Source: Acidimicrobiia bacterium (GTDB lineage: Bacteria > Actinomycetota > Acidimicrobiia > IMCC26256 > PALSA-555). From it: a stretch of 64,000 nt of DNA. Positions 53,991 to 62,468 of the stretch are shown piece after piece (positions within the stretch are counted from its first letter, which is position 1; every line of letters begins with the position of its first letter). Made by a program: the position numbers and the translations under genes. Under the pieces are notes generated by a model. That model did not search any database and had not been told where the DNA came from. It worked only from the letters and a program-made list of their open reading frames with translations. The stretch lies in contig JBBECS010000054.1 in the NCBI GenBank assembly GCA_040881685.1, positions 26,953 through 90,952 on the forward strand, read 5' to 3'.

Positions 53991-54709
53991 CCGCTGGCGA
54001 GCTCCCGAGCTCGGGTGAGGACTACGTCGAGCATCGGCTCCGTGAGGCGACCGGTGAAGGTGTTCTGCTGACTCGGGTGGTAGCAGCCGAGGATCGTCGC
54101 TCGAGCATTCGACACCTCGAGCCCGTGCCCGAACGCCGGTCGCGGACGCGGAAGCTCCACACCGGCCGATCCGAGCGTTCGCCATACAGCGTCGTACGCG
54201 AAGGCGCCGAGCACGACGATCACCTTCACCTGTTCGAGCAGCGCGAGCTCGCGAACCAGGTACGGAAGGCATTGGTCGCGCTCAGCCGGCGTCGGCTTGT
54301 TCGCGGGAGGCGCGCAACGGACTGCCGCCGCGACGTACGAGTCGATGAGCTGCAACCCGTCGTCGGCTCGAACTGACGTCGGCTGGTTCGCGAGCGTGGC
54401 ACGGTGCAGGGCCGAGAACAGCCAGTCACCCGAGCGGTCACCGGTGAAGACGCGACCGGTGCGGTTGCCACCGTGCGCAGCGGGCGCGAGCCCGACGAGC
54501 AACACGCGAGCACCAGGATCACCGAAGCCCGGGACAGGTCGGCCCCAATATTCCTCGTCCGCAAACGCGGCGCGCTTGTCGTGCGCGACCTGCTCGCGCC
54601 ACGCCACCAAACGCGGACACAAACGACAACGCGTGATCTCGTCCGTGAGCGCGCCGAGCGCACGGTTCGAAGTCGTCACGGCGGCATCGTACGGCGCATG
54701 GGTCGGCAA
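53987..54709 (-). CDS. udgB: Uracil-DNA glycosylase, family 5 (UdgB type)
   Basis: CRLCPRL, VLLVGLAPAAHGGNRTGRVFTGD (the GLAPA motif A of family 5, not the GEAPG of family 4), HPSQQN (motif B). Start is TTG 54709 or an internal GTG. Confidence 0.75.
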   Translation of the reverse strand: MPTHAPYDAAVTTSNRALGALTDEITRCRLCPRLVAWREQVAHDKRAAFADEEYWGRPVPGFGDPGARVLLVGLAPAAHGGNRTGRVFTGDRSGDWLFSALHRATLANQPTSVRADDGLQLIDSYVAAAVRCAPPANKPTPAERDQCLPYLVRELALLEQVKVIVVLGAFAYDAVWRTLGSAGVELPRPRPAFGHGLEVSNARATILGCYHPSQQNTFTGRLTEPMLDVVLTRARELASG

Positions 54710-54773
54710 TTAGCCTGCCAACTTCCCGCTCTCGGTGCTGCGCACCGGGCCGCTCCTCTCCACCTCGGCGAAC

Positions 54774-54817
54774 GGCTACCTGCGCCGCAGGGTACCTGCG
54801 GCGCGGTCGGTAGCCTC
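54774..54817. repeat. 45-nt structured intergenic element, copy 2
   Basis: GGCTACCTGCGCCGCAGGGTACCTGCGGCGCGGTCGGTAGCCTC differs from copy 1 by 1 substitution and 1 indel. The outer arms GGCTACC/GGTAGCC also pair. It ends in TAGCCT, 9 nt before ATG 54826. Confidence 0.8.
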
Positions 54818-54825
54818 AGGTCATC

Positions 54826-55749
54826 ATGCGCCTGCTCTTGATTGTCAACCCAGCGGCGTCGTCGATGACTCCGAGGCGGCGCGTGCGGATCCAGCGCGAG
54901 CTCGGCAATCACCACCGCCTCGAAGTGGCCGAGACGACCAGGCGCGGCCATGCAACCCGCCTCGCCCGTTCGGCCGCACGCGAGGGCGTCGACGTGGTCG
55001 TGGTGGCCGGCGGTGACGGCACGCTCAACGAGACCGCCGACGGCCTGGCGGGCACGCAGACCGCGCTCGCCCCGCTCCCGGCCGGGTCGACCAACGTGTT
55101 CGCCCGCAGCATCGGGATGAAGAACCGCATCGACCCGGCGCTGGACCAGGTCGTTGCGGCCATCCAGGCGCAGACCTTCCGGCGCATCGGCTTGGGAAAC
55201 GGCAACGGACGCCACTTCCTCTTCCACCTGGGAGCAGGCTTCGACGCGGAGGTCATCGAGCAGGTCGAACGGCACAGCCGGCTCAAGCGCCGTTTCGCCC
55301 ACCCGATGTTCGCCGTTGCTGCGTTCACCACCTTCTTCCGCGGCTACGACCGGGACCGGCCGCAGTACCGCGTGGAGATCGACGACGGACAGTCGATCGG
55401 CGAAGGCTTCTTCGCGATCATCTCGAACTCGGCGCCCTACGCGTTCTTCGGCCCACGCCCCCTGCGCGTCACACGGTCCGCGGGTCTCGACCACAAGCTG
55501 GCGCTCACGATGTTTCGCCGGCTCGAGATGGGAGTGCTGCTGCCCGCGGCGATCTCAGCCATGGTCCGCGGTCGGAGGATCGAGCATCAACGGGACATCG
55601 TCCAGCTCGCTGATGTCGATCGTCTCACGCTGATCGCGCAGCACGGCCCCTTCCCGTGGCAGGTCGACGGCGACTACCTCGGGGAGGTCGAGCGCCTCGA
55701 GGTGCGGTACGTCCCCGATGCACTGACCCTGGTGATGCCGAAGGCTTGA
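54826..55749 (+). CDS. Diacylglycerol/lipid kinase family protein (DAGK_cat, YegS-like)
   Basis: MRLLLIVNPAASS..., VVVVAGGDGTLNETADGL, LAPLPAGSTNVFARSIG. Confidence 0.8.
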   Translation: MRLLLIVNPAASSMTPRRRVRIQRELGNHHRLEVAETTRRGHATRLARSAAREGVDVVVVAGGDGTLNETADGLAGTQTALAPLPAGSTNVFARSIGMKNRIDPALDQVVAAIQAQTFRRIGLGNGNGRHFLFHLGAGFDAEVIEQVERHSRLKRRFAHPMFAVAAFTTFFRGYDRDRPQYRVEIDDGQSIGEGFFAIISNSAPYAFFGPRPLRVTRSAGLDHKLALTMFRRLEMGVLLPAAISAMVRGRRIEHQRDIVQLADVDRLTLIAQHGPFPWQVDGDYLGEVERLEVRYVPDALTLVMPKA

Positions 55750-55761
55750 GACCGCGCGGTT

Positions 55762-56475
55762 TCAGCCTCGGCCTAGGGCACGCAGTGCGGCGTCGGGCAC
55801 GTCGGTCATGATCAGATCGACGCCGGCGGCGGCGAGGCGCCGGATCTCATCGTCGTCGTTCACCGTCCACACATTCACTTGCACGCCCTTCTCGCGGGCG
55901 CGGGCCACGGTGGCCTGCGCCATCGGTCCGGCCAGCATCCCCACGAACGGATGCAGTGCGCGGTGGCCGTGCGCCGCGCACACGTCGAGCGCGTCGACGG
56001 GGTCGAAGCCGGGCATCGTGAGGAAACCGGTGGGCACCGATGGGTTCAGCGCTCGGACCCGGTCGATGGTGGCGAGATTGAACGACGAGACCAGGACGTC
56101 GTCGTGCCCGTCGCGGTCGTCGAGGCAGGCAACAACGAGGGCGGCGGCAGTGTCCTCGGGGTCGTAGTCTCCATCGCCGGGCAGATTCTTGATCTCGATG
56201 TTGACGAGCGCACCCGCGCAGGCGTCGAGCGCCTCGTCGAGCGTGGGGATTTCGGGCCGGGCGGCCCGGATGTCCACCAAGGTCCTGGTGGCCAGCACAC
56301 CCAGCCCGGCCGCATCGGCGTCGTGGTGGACGACCAGGCCGCCGTCGACGGTCCGGTGGATGTCGAGCTCCACGCCGTCGGCTCCCTGGGCGAGCGCGAG
56401 CGCGAAGGCCTCGAGGGTGTTCTCGGGAGCTTCCCGCCGGGCGCCTCGGTGAGCGAGCACGAGGGGGGCCGACAC
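55762..56475 (-). CDS. Glycerophosphodiester phosphodiesterase (GDPD/UgpQ family)
   Basis: [48 protein letters not shown]...IPTLDEAL...NIEIK...VNVWTVND. Start is GTG 56475. The 609-aa track ORF upstream of this point is antisense to whiB and pdtaS. Confidence 0.8.
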   Translation of the reverse strand: MSAPLVLAHRGARREAPENTLEAFALALAQGADGVELDIHRTVDGGLVVHHDADAAGLGVLATRTLVDIRAARPEIPTLDEALDACAGALVNIEIKNLPGDGDYDPEDTAAALVVACLDDRDGHDDVLVSSFNLATIDRVRALNPSVPTGFLTMPGFDPVDALDVCAAHGHRALHPFVGMLAGPMAQATVARAREKGVQVNVWTVNDDDEIRRLAAAGVDLIMTDVPDAALRALGRG

Positions 56476-56593
56476 GGCGACGGAGCCTAAAGGCCGGTCG
56501 CGCTCGCTCGGCGCCGGGATACCCGGCGCCGCCCTCCGGGCCGCTCGGCTGCTCCAAAGGAGAGCCAGGGACTCCGACGCGCGCGTCAGGTTT

Positions 56594-56607
56594 CTGCATA
56601 CATGCAG
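56594..56607. promoter_or_regulatory. Perfect palindrome CTGCAT-AC-ATGCAG upstream of whiB
   Basis: CTGCATACATGCAG (56594-56607) is self-complementary. It lies 12 nt upstream of the CRP-like site. Confidence 0.3.
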
Positions 56608-56618
56608 GTCAGAGGCCT

Positions 56619-56634
56619 TGTGCGCCCCGTCACA
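56619..56634. promoter_or_regulatory. CRP/FNR-family binding site candidate (TGTGc-N6-TCACA)
   Basis: TGTGCGCCCCGTCACA matches TGTGA-N6-TCACA at 9 of 10 specified positions. A TAGGCT -10-like hexamer follows at 56642-47. Confidence 0.5.
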
Positions 56635-56722
56635 TGCCCCATAGGCTGCCGTGCGCCTCGAGGGCGGACCCGAGGACACGAACGAAGCGCCCCGCAAGGG
56701 CGCCGCCGAAGCAGGAGGGGCC

Positions 56723-57013
56723 GTGGCGCTGACGTGGATCCGCACGCACGACTGGGATGTCGATGACTGGCGCGGCCGCTCGGCGTGCCTCGACTCCGAC
56801 CCCGATGTGTTCTTTCCCATTGGAACCACTGGGACGGCGCTCGAGCAGATCGAGACCGCCCGCCGCATCTGCACCGCGTGCCTTGTCGCCGACGAGTGCC
56901 TCGAGTTCGCCCTGGCCACGAACCAGGAAGCCGGGATCTGGGGCGGCACCACCGAAGAGGAGCGCCGCAAGCTCCGCAAGGGATGGCTCTCCCAGCAACG
57001 CGCCGCCGGCTGA
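56723..57013 (+). CDS. whiB1: WhiB-family [4Fe-4S] transcription factor, WhiB1/WblE-like
   Basis: [43 protein letters not shown]...[16 protein letters not shown] has four Cys plus the G[IV]WGG turn. It closely parallels mycobacterial WhiB1 (CRDEDPELFFPVGNSGPALAQIADAKLVCNRCPV..EC). Start is GTG 56723 after AGGAGGGG. The track start 56651 lies only 3 nt after the -10 hexamer, so it is unlikely. Confidence 0.8.
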   Translation: MALTWIRTHDWDVDDWRGRSACLDSDPDVFFPIGTTGTALEQIETARRICTACLVADECLEFALATNQEAGIWGGTTEEERRKLRKGWLSQQRAAG

Positions 57014-58489
57014 CTAGAGCTCGGCGCGTCCCGCGTGACGTAGCGGGATGCGAAGGTGCACGCGCGTCCCCTGGTCATCGCGGAGCTCGATCGAGCCGTT
57101 GAGCTCACCCGTGACGAGCGCGTGGACGATCGAGAGTCCGAGACCCTTTCGTTCGTCGAGCACGAAGCCCGACGGCAAGCCGACGCCGTTGTCAGCCACG
57201 TCGACCAGGAGCTCGTCGCCCTCGCGGGCGAGGTGGATCTGCACCCGCCCTTCAGCCGGCCCTCCGGCTGAACGCGGGAACGCGTGATCGACCGCGTTCT
57301 GCATGAGCTCGTTGAGCACCAAGGCCAGCGGCGTCGCAACCTCCCCTGGGAGGTCCCCGGCGTCGCCGTCGACCTCGAAGGTGAGTCGGAGCTCGGGAGT
57401 GGACACGGTCTCCTCGACCACGCGGACGAGGGGGCGTACGACATCGGCGAACAGGACCACGTCGCCCATGTCCCGAGACAGCGTCTCGTGCACGATGGCC
57501 ATCGATCGAACGCGGCGCTCGGACTCCTCGATCGCGTCCTGTGCCTCCTTCGACTCCAGCCGCCGACCCTGGAGGCGGAGCAGCGCGGCAATCGTCTGCA
57601 GGTTGTTCTTCACCCGGTGGTGGATCTCACGGATCGTGGCGTCCTTCGACATCAGAATGCGGTCGCGGTGCCGCAAGTCGGTGACGTCACGCACGAGGAG
57701 CAGCACCCCGCTCACGCGCTCGTCCTCGATGAGCGGCGTTGCCTGGACGAGCACCGCGGTCTCGGCCCGCTCGACCTCCTCGATGACCGGACTCTGCGTT
57801 CGCCGCGCGCTCTCGGCCGCGTGGTGATCGAAACCGATCTCCGCGAGCGGAGCGCCCTGCGCGTTGGCATAAATGCCCATGCGGTGCAATGAGCTCATCG
57901 CGTTCGGGCTCGCGAATCGAACGTGGAGCGAGGCGTCGAGCACGATCACCCCGTCCGCGACCCGTGGCGCCTCGTCGATTTCCACCTCATCGCGAGCGAA
58001 CGGGAACGTGCCGTCCGAGATCATGCGCGCGAACGCGTCAAACACATCGGCGTACTGGCGTTCCATCTCACCCGAGCGGCGACCTGAGGTCATCGCGGTC
58101 TCGCGGGCCAGCACACCTACGAGCTCGTCTTGGTGACGAACGGGGATGCACTGCACCCGCGCCCGGTCGTCTCCTTCCAGCACTTTCGCGTCGCCACCGA
58201 CGATCTCACCCTTTCGCCACGCTCGGGCAACGATCGGCCGTTGCTGCTCCTCGACAATCGTCCCGACGAGATCAGACGGGTAGAGCGTTTGCGCCGTGGT
58301 GGGTCGGACGTGCGCGAGCACGACGAAGCGGTGGCCCTCCTCCCCCTGGATCGGCGCGAGGAACAACAGGTCCGAGAAGCAGAGGTCGGCAAGGGGCTGC
58401 CACGTCGCCACGAGCCGCTGCGCGTGACGCAGCGCGTCGCCGGCGAGGGAGGTGTTGGTGCGTGCGAGCTCGAGCAGTGGGAGCGCCAC
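57014..58489 (-). CDS. pdtaS: PdtaS-type cytoplasmic sensor histidine kinase (GAF/PAS - HisKA_2 - HATPase_c)
   Basis: [27 protein letters not shown] is the HisKA_2 H-box, near-identical to the PdtaS H-box as I recall it. [13 protein letters not shown] (N-box), DNGVGLP (G1). No TM segment. Convergent and abutting whiB, as in the mycobacterial whiB1/pdtaS arrangement. Confidence 0.8.
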   Translation of the reverse strand: MALPLLELARTNTSLAGDALRHAQRLVATWQPLADLCFSDLLFLAPIQGEEGHRFVVLAHVRPTTAQTLYPSDLVGTIVEEQQRPIVARAWRKGEIVGGDAKVLEGDDRARVQCIPVRHQDELVGVLARETAMTSGRRSGEMERQYADVFDAFARMISDGTFPFARDEVEIDEAPRVADGVIVLDASLHVRFASPNAMSSLHRMGIYANAQGAPLAEIGFDHHAAESARRTQSPVIEEVERAETAVLVQATPLIEDERVSGVLLLVRDVTDLRHRDRILMSKDATIREIHHRVKNNLQTIAALLRLQGRRLESKEAQDAIEESERRVRSMAIVHETLSRDMGDVVLFADVVRPLVRVVEETVSTPELRLTFEVDGDAGDLPGEVATPLALVLNELMQNAVDHAFPRSAGGPAEGRVQIHLAREGDELLVDVADNGVGLPSGFVLDERKGLGLSIVHALVTGELNGSIELRDDQGTRVHLRIPLRHAGRAEL

Positions 58490-58491
58490 GC

Positions 58492-59694
58492 CTAAAGGCT
58501 AGGCAGGAGCTGCGTGCCGATTCGGCGTAATCCCGTGAGATCGTGGACGTCGTCCTCGAGTGCCGGCACCGTCGCCACGATGTGAGGGACTGGCGAGAAC
58601 TTCTCTCGCAGCTCGCCTTCGCGGCCCGCGACGACGGAGTAGTCGCCGTAGATCCCGGCTGCTGCCCGCAGCACGCGAGCGGTCCGAGCCGAATCGCCAA
58701 GGTCCGCGACACCGACCATGGCGAGCTTCGCGGCAAGTGTCTCAGCGTGCTCGAGCAGGTGCGACGCCGCGGCGCGGCCCGCCTCCTGTTGGAAGTACTC
58801 CGGCAACACCCGGTTCAGCACGAGAGCGTCCAGGTTGAAGCGACGCTCTCCGAGGGCCGTGCAGAAGAACCGCGCTTCGCGCAGTGGGGCCTCTTCCAGC
58901 GTCGAGACCACGACGAAGCCCGTTCGGCGCTCGTGGAGGAGCTCTTCCACCGCCTGTGCGCGCACAACGAAGCCGTCGTACATGGTCTGGAAGTTGAGAA
59001 AGAACTCGGCAATGTCCTGGAGGAACTGCCGTCCGAGGATACGATCGGCAAGCTGGTAGAAGGGCCGACTCGCGAAGTTGATGAGTCGAGCGCCGCGCCG
59101 ACCCCCGACCCGATAGGGCATCGTGAGCCATCGGAGCAAACGCCCGCCGAAGAACTCCGCCATCCGTGCCGGCGCCTCGAGGAAGTCGATCGCATTGCGG
59201 GTAGGTGGCGTATCCACGACGATGAGGTCGTACCGACCACTCGAGTGAAGGTCGTAGAGCCGCTCCATCGCGATGTAGTCATGGCTCTGAACGAACCGGC
59301 CCGTGACCGTTGCGTACATGCGGTTGTCGAGGATTCGATAGGCGGTCTCCTCGTTCGGCGCATGGCGCAGGACGAGGTCGTCCCATGACGCCTTGGTGTC
59401 GAGCATCGCGGCGTAGAGCTCGCCGCGCGGTTCCATGCCCGCGGCACGGAGCGCCTCGTCGGGCACCCGCCGCGCGATGTTGCCGATCCCCTCCAACCCG
59501 AGGGCATCAGCGAGTCGCCGCGCGGGGTCGATCGTGAGCACGAGAACACGCCCGCCGACGCGCACTGTCGCTTCGAGCGCGGTGGCTGCCGCGGTGGTGG
59601 TCTTGCCGACGCCGCCGGAACCGCAGAAGACCACGATCTCGCGTGACCTCAGCAATGGCTCCAGGCTCACGCCCGCGGTCCGCTCGCCGCTCAT
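58492..59694 (-). CDS. ArsA/Get3-like P-loop ATPase (second of a pair)
   Basis: IVVFCGSGGVGKTTTAAATAL is a deviant Walker A motif; also VLVLTIDPARRLADALGL. ATG 59694 overlaps the upstream stop (ATGA). Confidence 0.8.
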   Translation of the reverse strand: MSGERTAGVSLEPLLRSREIVVFCGSGGVGKTTTAAATALEATVRVGGRVLVLTIDPARRLADALGLEGIGNIARRVPDEALRAAGMEPRGELYAAMLDTKASWDDLVLRHAPNEETAYRILDNRMYATVTGRFVQSHDYIAMERLYDLHSSGRYDLIVVDTPPTRNAIDFLEAPARMAEFFGGRLLRWLTMPYRVGGRRGARLINFASRPFYQLADRILGRQFLQDIAEFFLNFQTMYDGFVVRAQAVEELLHERRTGFVVVSTLEEAPLREARFFCTALGERRFNLDALVLNRVLPEYFQQEAGRAAASHLLEHAETLAAKLAMVGVADLGDSARTARVLRAAAGIYGDYSVVAGREGELREKFSPVPHIVATVPALEDDVHDLTGLRRIGTQLLPSL

Positions 59695-60680
59695 TCGCTC
59701 AGCTCCGCGGCCAGCGCGTCAGCCAACACGCTCACCGCATGAGAGGCGTGCTCCGACGCGAACAAGTACGGCAGGTTGACGAGCGGCAGGTCGATCGACT
59801 CCCTCAGCCGGGCCAGATGCGGTGTTCGTGACCGTCTCAGGGACAGCGCGAGGCCGACTGCGTCGAGCACGACGCTCGAACCCGGGCCGGCCTCGACCTC
59901 GAGCACGCTCATCGCGGCGGGCTCGCGCAGCGCCGCGAGCACCGACTCGTCTCCACGCGTGAGCGGCTCGGGCAGGACGCGATTGATGACGACCGCGCCC
60001 AGCGGTACCTCCAGCTCGAGCCGCACGCGCTCGACGAGCTGGATCGTCTCGGAGACCGGCATCTCCTCGGGAGTCGTGACCACGTTCAGGGCTGTGATCT
60101 CCGGCGATGCGAGGAGCTCGGTCATCCACTCCGTTTGGGCTCGCACGCGTCCTACCTGCACGAGCTCCCGGATCGCCCGCGGCGAGTCGAGCTGCGCGAT
60201 CACGTGCCCGCTCGCGGCCGCGTCGACGATGACGATGTCCCAGTCGGCACGACCTTCGAGAGATTCGTGGACCTCCCAGCACACCTTGCCGACCGTGAGG
60301 ATCTCCTTCACGCCGGGCGCGGCGTTGGCGACGAACTCGAGCACGTTCGCGAGCGGACCGATACCGCCGAGAACAGGGACCCGGACATGAAGGTGGAGGT
60401 ATTCGCGCAGCGACGCATCGGTGCGCATCTGGAGCAGGTGCAGACCTGGATGTACTTCGATCGGTTTGAAACCAACCGGCGCGTGATCGAACAGCGCGCT
60501 CAGGTTGCCCTTGGCATCGACCTCCACCAGGAGCACGCGCTTGCCGCGCTCGGCTGCAAGAAGCGCGGTTGCGGCCGCGACCGTGCTCTTGCCGACGCCG
60601 CCCTTCCCCGTGAAGAACAGGAGTCGCCGGTCGAGCAGATCGAGACGCTCGGCCCCATGGCTGATGGGTGCCGGTTGCAC
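59691..60680 (-). CDS. ArsA/Get3-like P-loop ATPase (first of a pair)
   Basis: LLFFTGKGGVGKSTVAAATALLAAERGKRVLLVEVD, and DIVIVDAAASGH. Start placed at GTG 60680 after GGAG. Confidence 0.8.
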   Translation of the reverse strand: MQPAPISHGAERLDLLDRRLLFFTGKGGVGKSTVAAATALLAAERGKRVLLVEVDAKGNLSALFDHAPVGFKPIEVHPGLHLLQMRTDASLREYLHLHVRVPVLGGIGPLANVLEFVANAAPGVKEILTVGKVCWEVHESLEGRADWDIVIVDAAASGHVIAQLDSPRAIRELVQVGRVRAQTEWMTELLASPEITALNVVTTPEEMPVSETIQLVERVRLELEVPLGAVVINRVLPEPLTRGDESVLAALREPAAMSVLEVEAGPGSSVVLDAVGLALSLRRSRTPHLARLRESIDLPLVNLPYLFASEHASHAVSVLADALAAELSE

Positions 60681-60699
60681 TGCTCCGCGGGCGTTCGAC

Positions 60700-60927
60700 T
60701 CAGCCGCCGAACCCGACGCGCTTCGCCCCGCTCTCGGTCTCGATCTCGACGTAGGCCACGCGATCCGCGGGCACACCAACGCGGCGTCCCTTCGCGTCGG
60801 TGAGCCAGAGCACCGAGTCTTCCGTCTTCAACGCGTCGTCGAACGCCTTCGAGACGTCGTCGGGCTTCCCCACGATCTCGAGCGTCAGCTCTTTCGGCGA
60901 ATGCAGGACTCCGATGCGAACTTCCAT
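60700..60927 (-). CDS. DUF3107-family small protein
   Basis: MEVRIGVLHSPKELTLEIVGKPDDVSKAFDDALKTEDSVLWLTDAKGRRVGVPADRVAYVEIE. This 75-aa sequence matches the conserved actinobacterial DUF3107 pattern as I remember it. Confidence 0.7.
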   Translation of the reverse strand: MEVRIGVLHSPKELTLEIVGKPDDVSKAFDDALKTEDSVLWLTDAKGRRVGVPADRVAYVEIETESGAKRVGFGG

Positions 60928-60956
60928 CGCCCCGACACTATCCGCGGCAGTCTGCG

Positions 60957-62468
60957 TTGACGGACTGCGGGCGCGGCGCGAAGGTCCCATCCGTGCTCTG
61001 GGCCGCCACCACATCGTTGTCCGACGGTTTCTCGATTCCCCTCCTCGTCGCCGGGACGGCGGTCGCGGCAGGCTGGGTTGCAGCCGCAACCGTCATCGCG
61101 CTGGCGCGGCAGCCGCCGCGCATCCGCGCTTCTGCGGCTTCGATGGAGCTGCCCCCCGAATCAACCCCGGTCGCCGGCCTTCTCGTCAACGACTTCGTCC
61201 TGCCTGCAGAGACCGCACCCGCGATCCTCCTGGACCTCGCGGCGCGCCGCGTCGTCGAGCTCGACGAGGTGCAGCCGGGGCGGACGATCTGCCGCCTGCG
61301 CCGTTCGTCTGACGAACCGCTGGCCAAATACGAGCAACGCGTGCTCGAAAGTCTGCGCGAAAAGGCGGTCGACGGTGTCGTACCGGCCGACGCGCTCACG
61401 ACCGGGCCCGAAGCGAAGTCGAAGTCTTGGCATCGTGAGCTCGCCAAGGAGGTCGTGGGTGAGACCAAGGCCTCCGGACTGACGCACGACCGATGGCCGC
61501 GCGCTGCGGTCATCGCGCTCGGCGCGCTTCTCGCGGTCGCCGTGCTGCTCCTGGCGCTGTCGCTCAAGGAGGACACGAGATCGGCCCCAGACGAGGTGCC
61601 GGTCCTCGTCCTCGGTGTGATCGCAGCCGCCATCGCGTTCATCGCCATCGCGGTGCTCATCGTCGGCCGCATGGGTTCGTCGCTCGCGCAGCTCCCGACG
61701 GAAGCCGGTCGGGCCGCGGCTGCCCGTGCCGAAGGCCTCGAGCGTCATCTCCGCGAGGACGAGCTCCTCGCCGATCTGGCCCCCGCGGCCGTCAAGATTC
61801 GCGGGCGCCACTTCGCGTACGCGGCCGCGTTCGGCGCAGCCCCGCTGGCGGTCGAGCTCCTCCCGATGGGAACCGAGGACGACCACCGCGCGTGGAGCCG
61901 GTTCGGCGGTCGGTGGCGGCGCGTGCGAGTGCGCTACCCGCGGGTGTGGCCGCCCGTGTGGGGTATGCACCCTGCCTTCGCGCTGTTCGTCGCGATCTTC
62001 TGGGGTGGCCTCGCCGGGCTCGCGATCCGGGGACTTGTGGCGCTCGCCGACGCGGACCGGCCGATCGATGTCTCGTCAGACGACTGGCGCTGGGTGGAGC
62101 GCGGCGCGTTGCTGGCCATGATCCCGTTCGTGCTCATCCTGGCGTGGGCCCTCGTGGTCTTCGTGCGCGCTGGGGCCGATCTCCCGAGCACTCGCAAGAT
62201 CACGGGTGATGTCGTACGCGACCGCGTATTCGAGAAGTGGTCGTCGTCGAACGACAGTCCGAAGTACCGGCGCTTCTTGGCAATCGACGATGGCACGAGC
62301 GACCGCATCGTGGCGTTCCGCCTCCGCCAGTCGCGGTTGTGGACGGGCCACACGCAGGGTGACACCCTCACGGTCGACGTCTCGCCGCGCCTCGGCTACG
62401 TGCGCTCGTTCACGAAGGAGCCAGGGCCCGAGCGGCCCGGCGCCGAAGGCGCCGAGAGCGGGGGTTAG
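60957..62468 (+). CDS. DUF2207-like membrane protein
   Basis: STPVAGLLVNDFVLPAETAPAILLDLAARRVVELDEV resembles the DUF2207 segment (..tllDLA.RG.l.ie.). It has several TM helices (AVIALGALLAVAVLLLAL, VLVLGVIAAAIAFIAIAVLIV, and others). Start is TTG 60957 or GTG 60993. Confidence 0.5.
   Translation: MTDCGRGAKVPSVLWAATTSLSDGFSIPLLVAGTAVAAGWVAAATVIALARQPPRIRASAASMELPPESTPVAGLLVNDFVLPAETAPAILLDLAARRVVELDEVQPGRTICRLRRSSDEPLAKYEQRVLESLREKAVDGVVPADALTTGPEAKSKSWHRELAKEVVGETKASGLTHDRWPRAAVIALGALLAVAVLLLALSLKEDTRSAPDEVPVLVLGVIAAAIAFIAIAVLIVGRMGSSLAQLPTEAGRAAAARAEGLERHLREDELLADLAPAAVKIRGRHFAYAAAFGAAPLAVELLPMGTEDDHRAWSRFGGRWRRVRVRYPRVWPPVWGMHPAFALFVAIFWGGLAGLAIRGLVALADADRPIDVSSDDWRWVERGALLAMIPFVLILAWALVVFVRAGADLPSTRKITGDVVRDRVFEKWSSSNDSPKYRRFLAIDDGTSDRIVAFRLRQSRLWTGHTQGDTLTVDVSPRLGYVRSFTKEPGPERPGAEGAESGG

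Noticed and set aside
54700-54716. A third GGTCGG...TAGCCT-like string (GGTCGGCAATTAGCCT) at the udgB start, possibly related to the 45-nt element.
   Set aside because: Only the short tail resembles the element and the palindromic core is absent. It overlaps the udgB start codon region and may be coincidental.
55745-55775. GAGACCGCGCGGTTTC between the convergent DAG-kinase and GDPD genes, as a terminator.
   Set aside because: The palindrome leaves almost no loop (at best a 6-bp stem including a G-T pair around a 4-nt loop) and there is no U-tract. It is too weak to call.
56651-56722. Track start GTG 56651 for the WhiB gene.
   Set aside because: It lies only 3 nt after the TAGGCT -10-like hexamer, so it would probably be upstream of the transcript start. 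GTG 56723 has an AGGAGGGG SD and gives a WhiB1-sized protein. The evidence is not decisive.
56476-57591. Upstream two-thirds of the 609-aa minus-strand ORF 55762-57591.
   Set aside because: Only the last 237 codons (55762-56475) show GDPD motifs. The rest runs antisense through the whiB promoter, whiB and the 3' end of pdtaS, and is compositionally non-coding-like.
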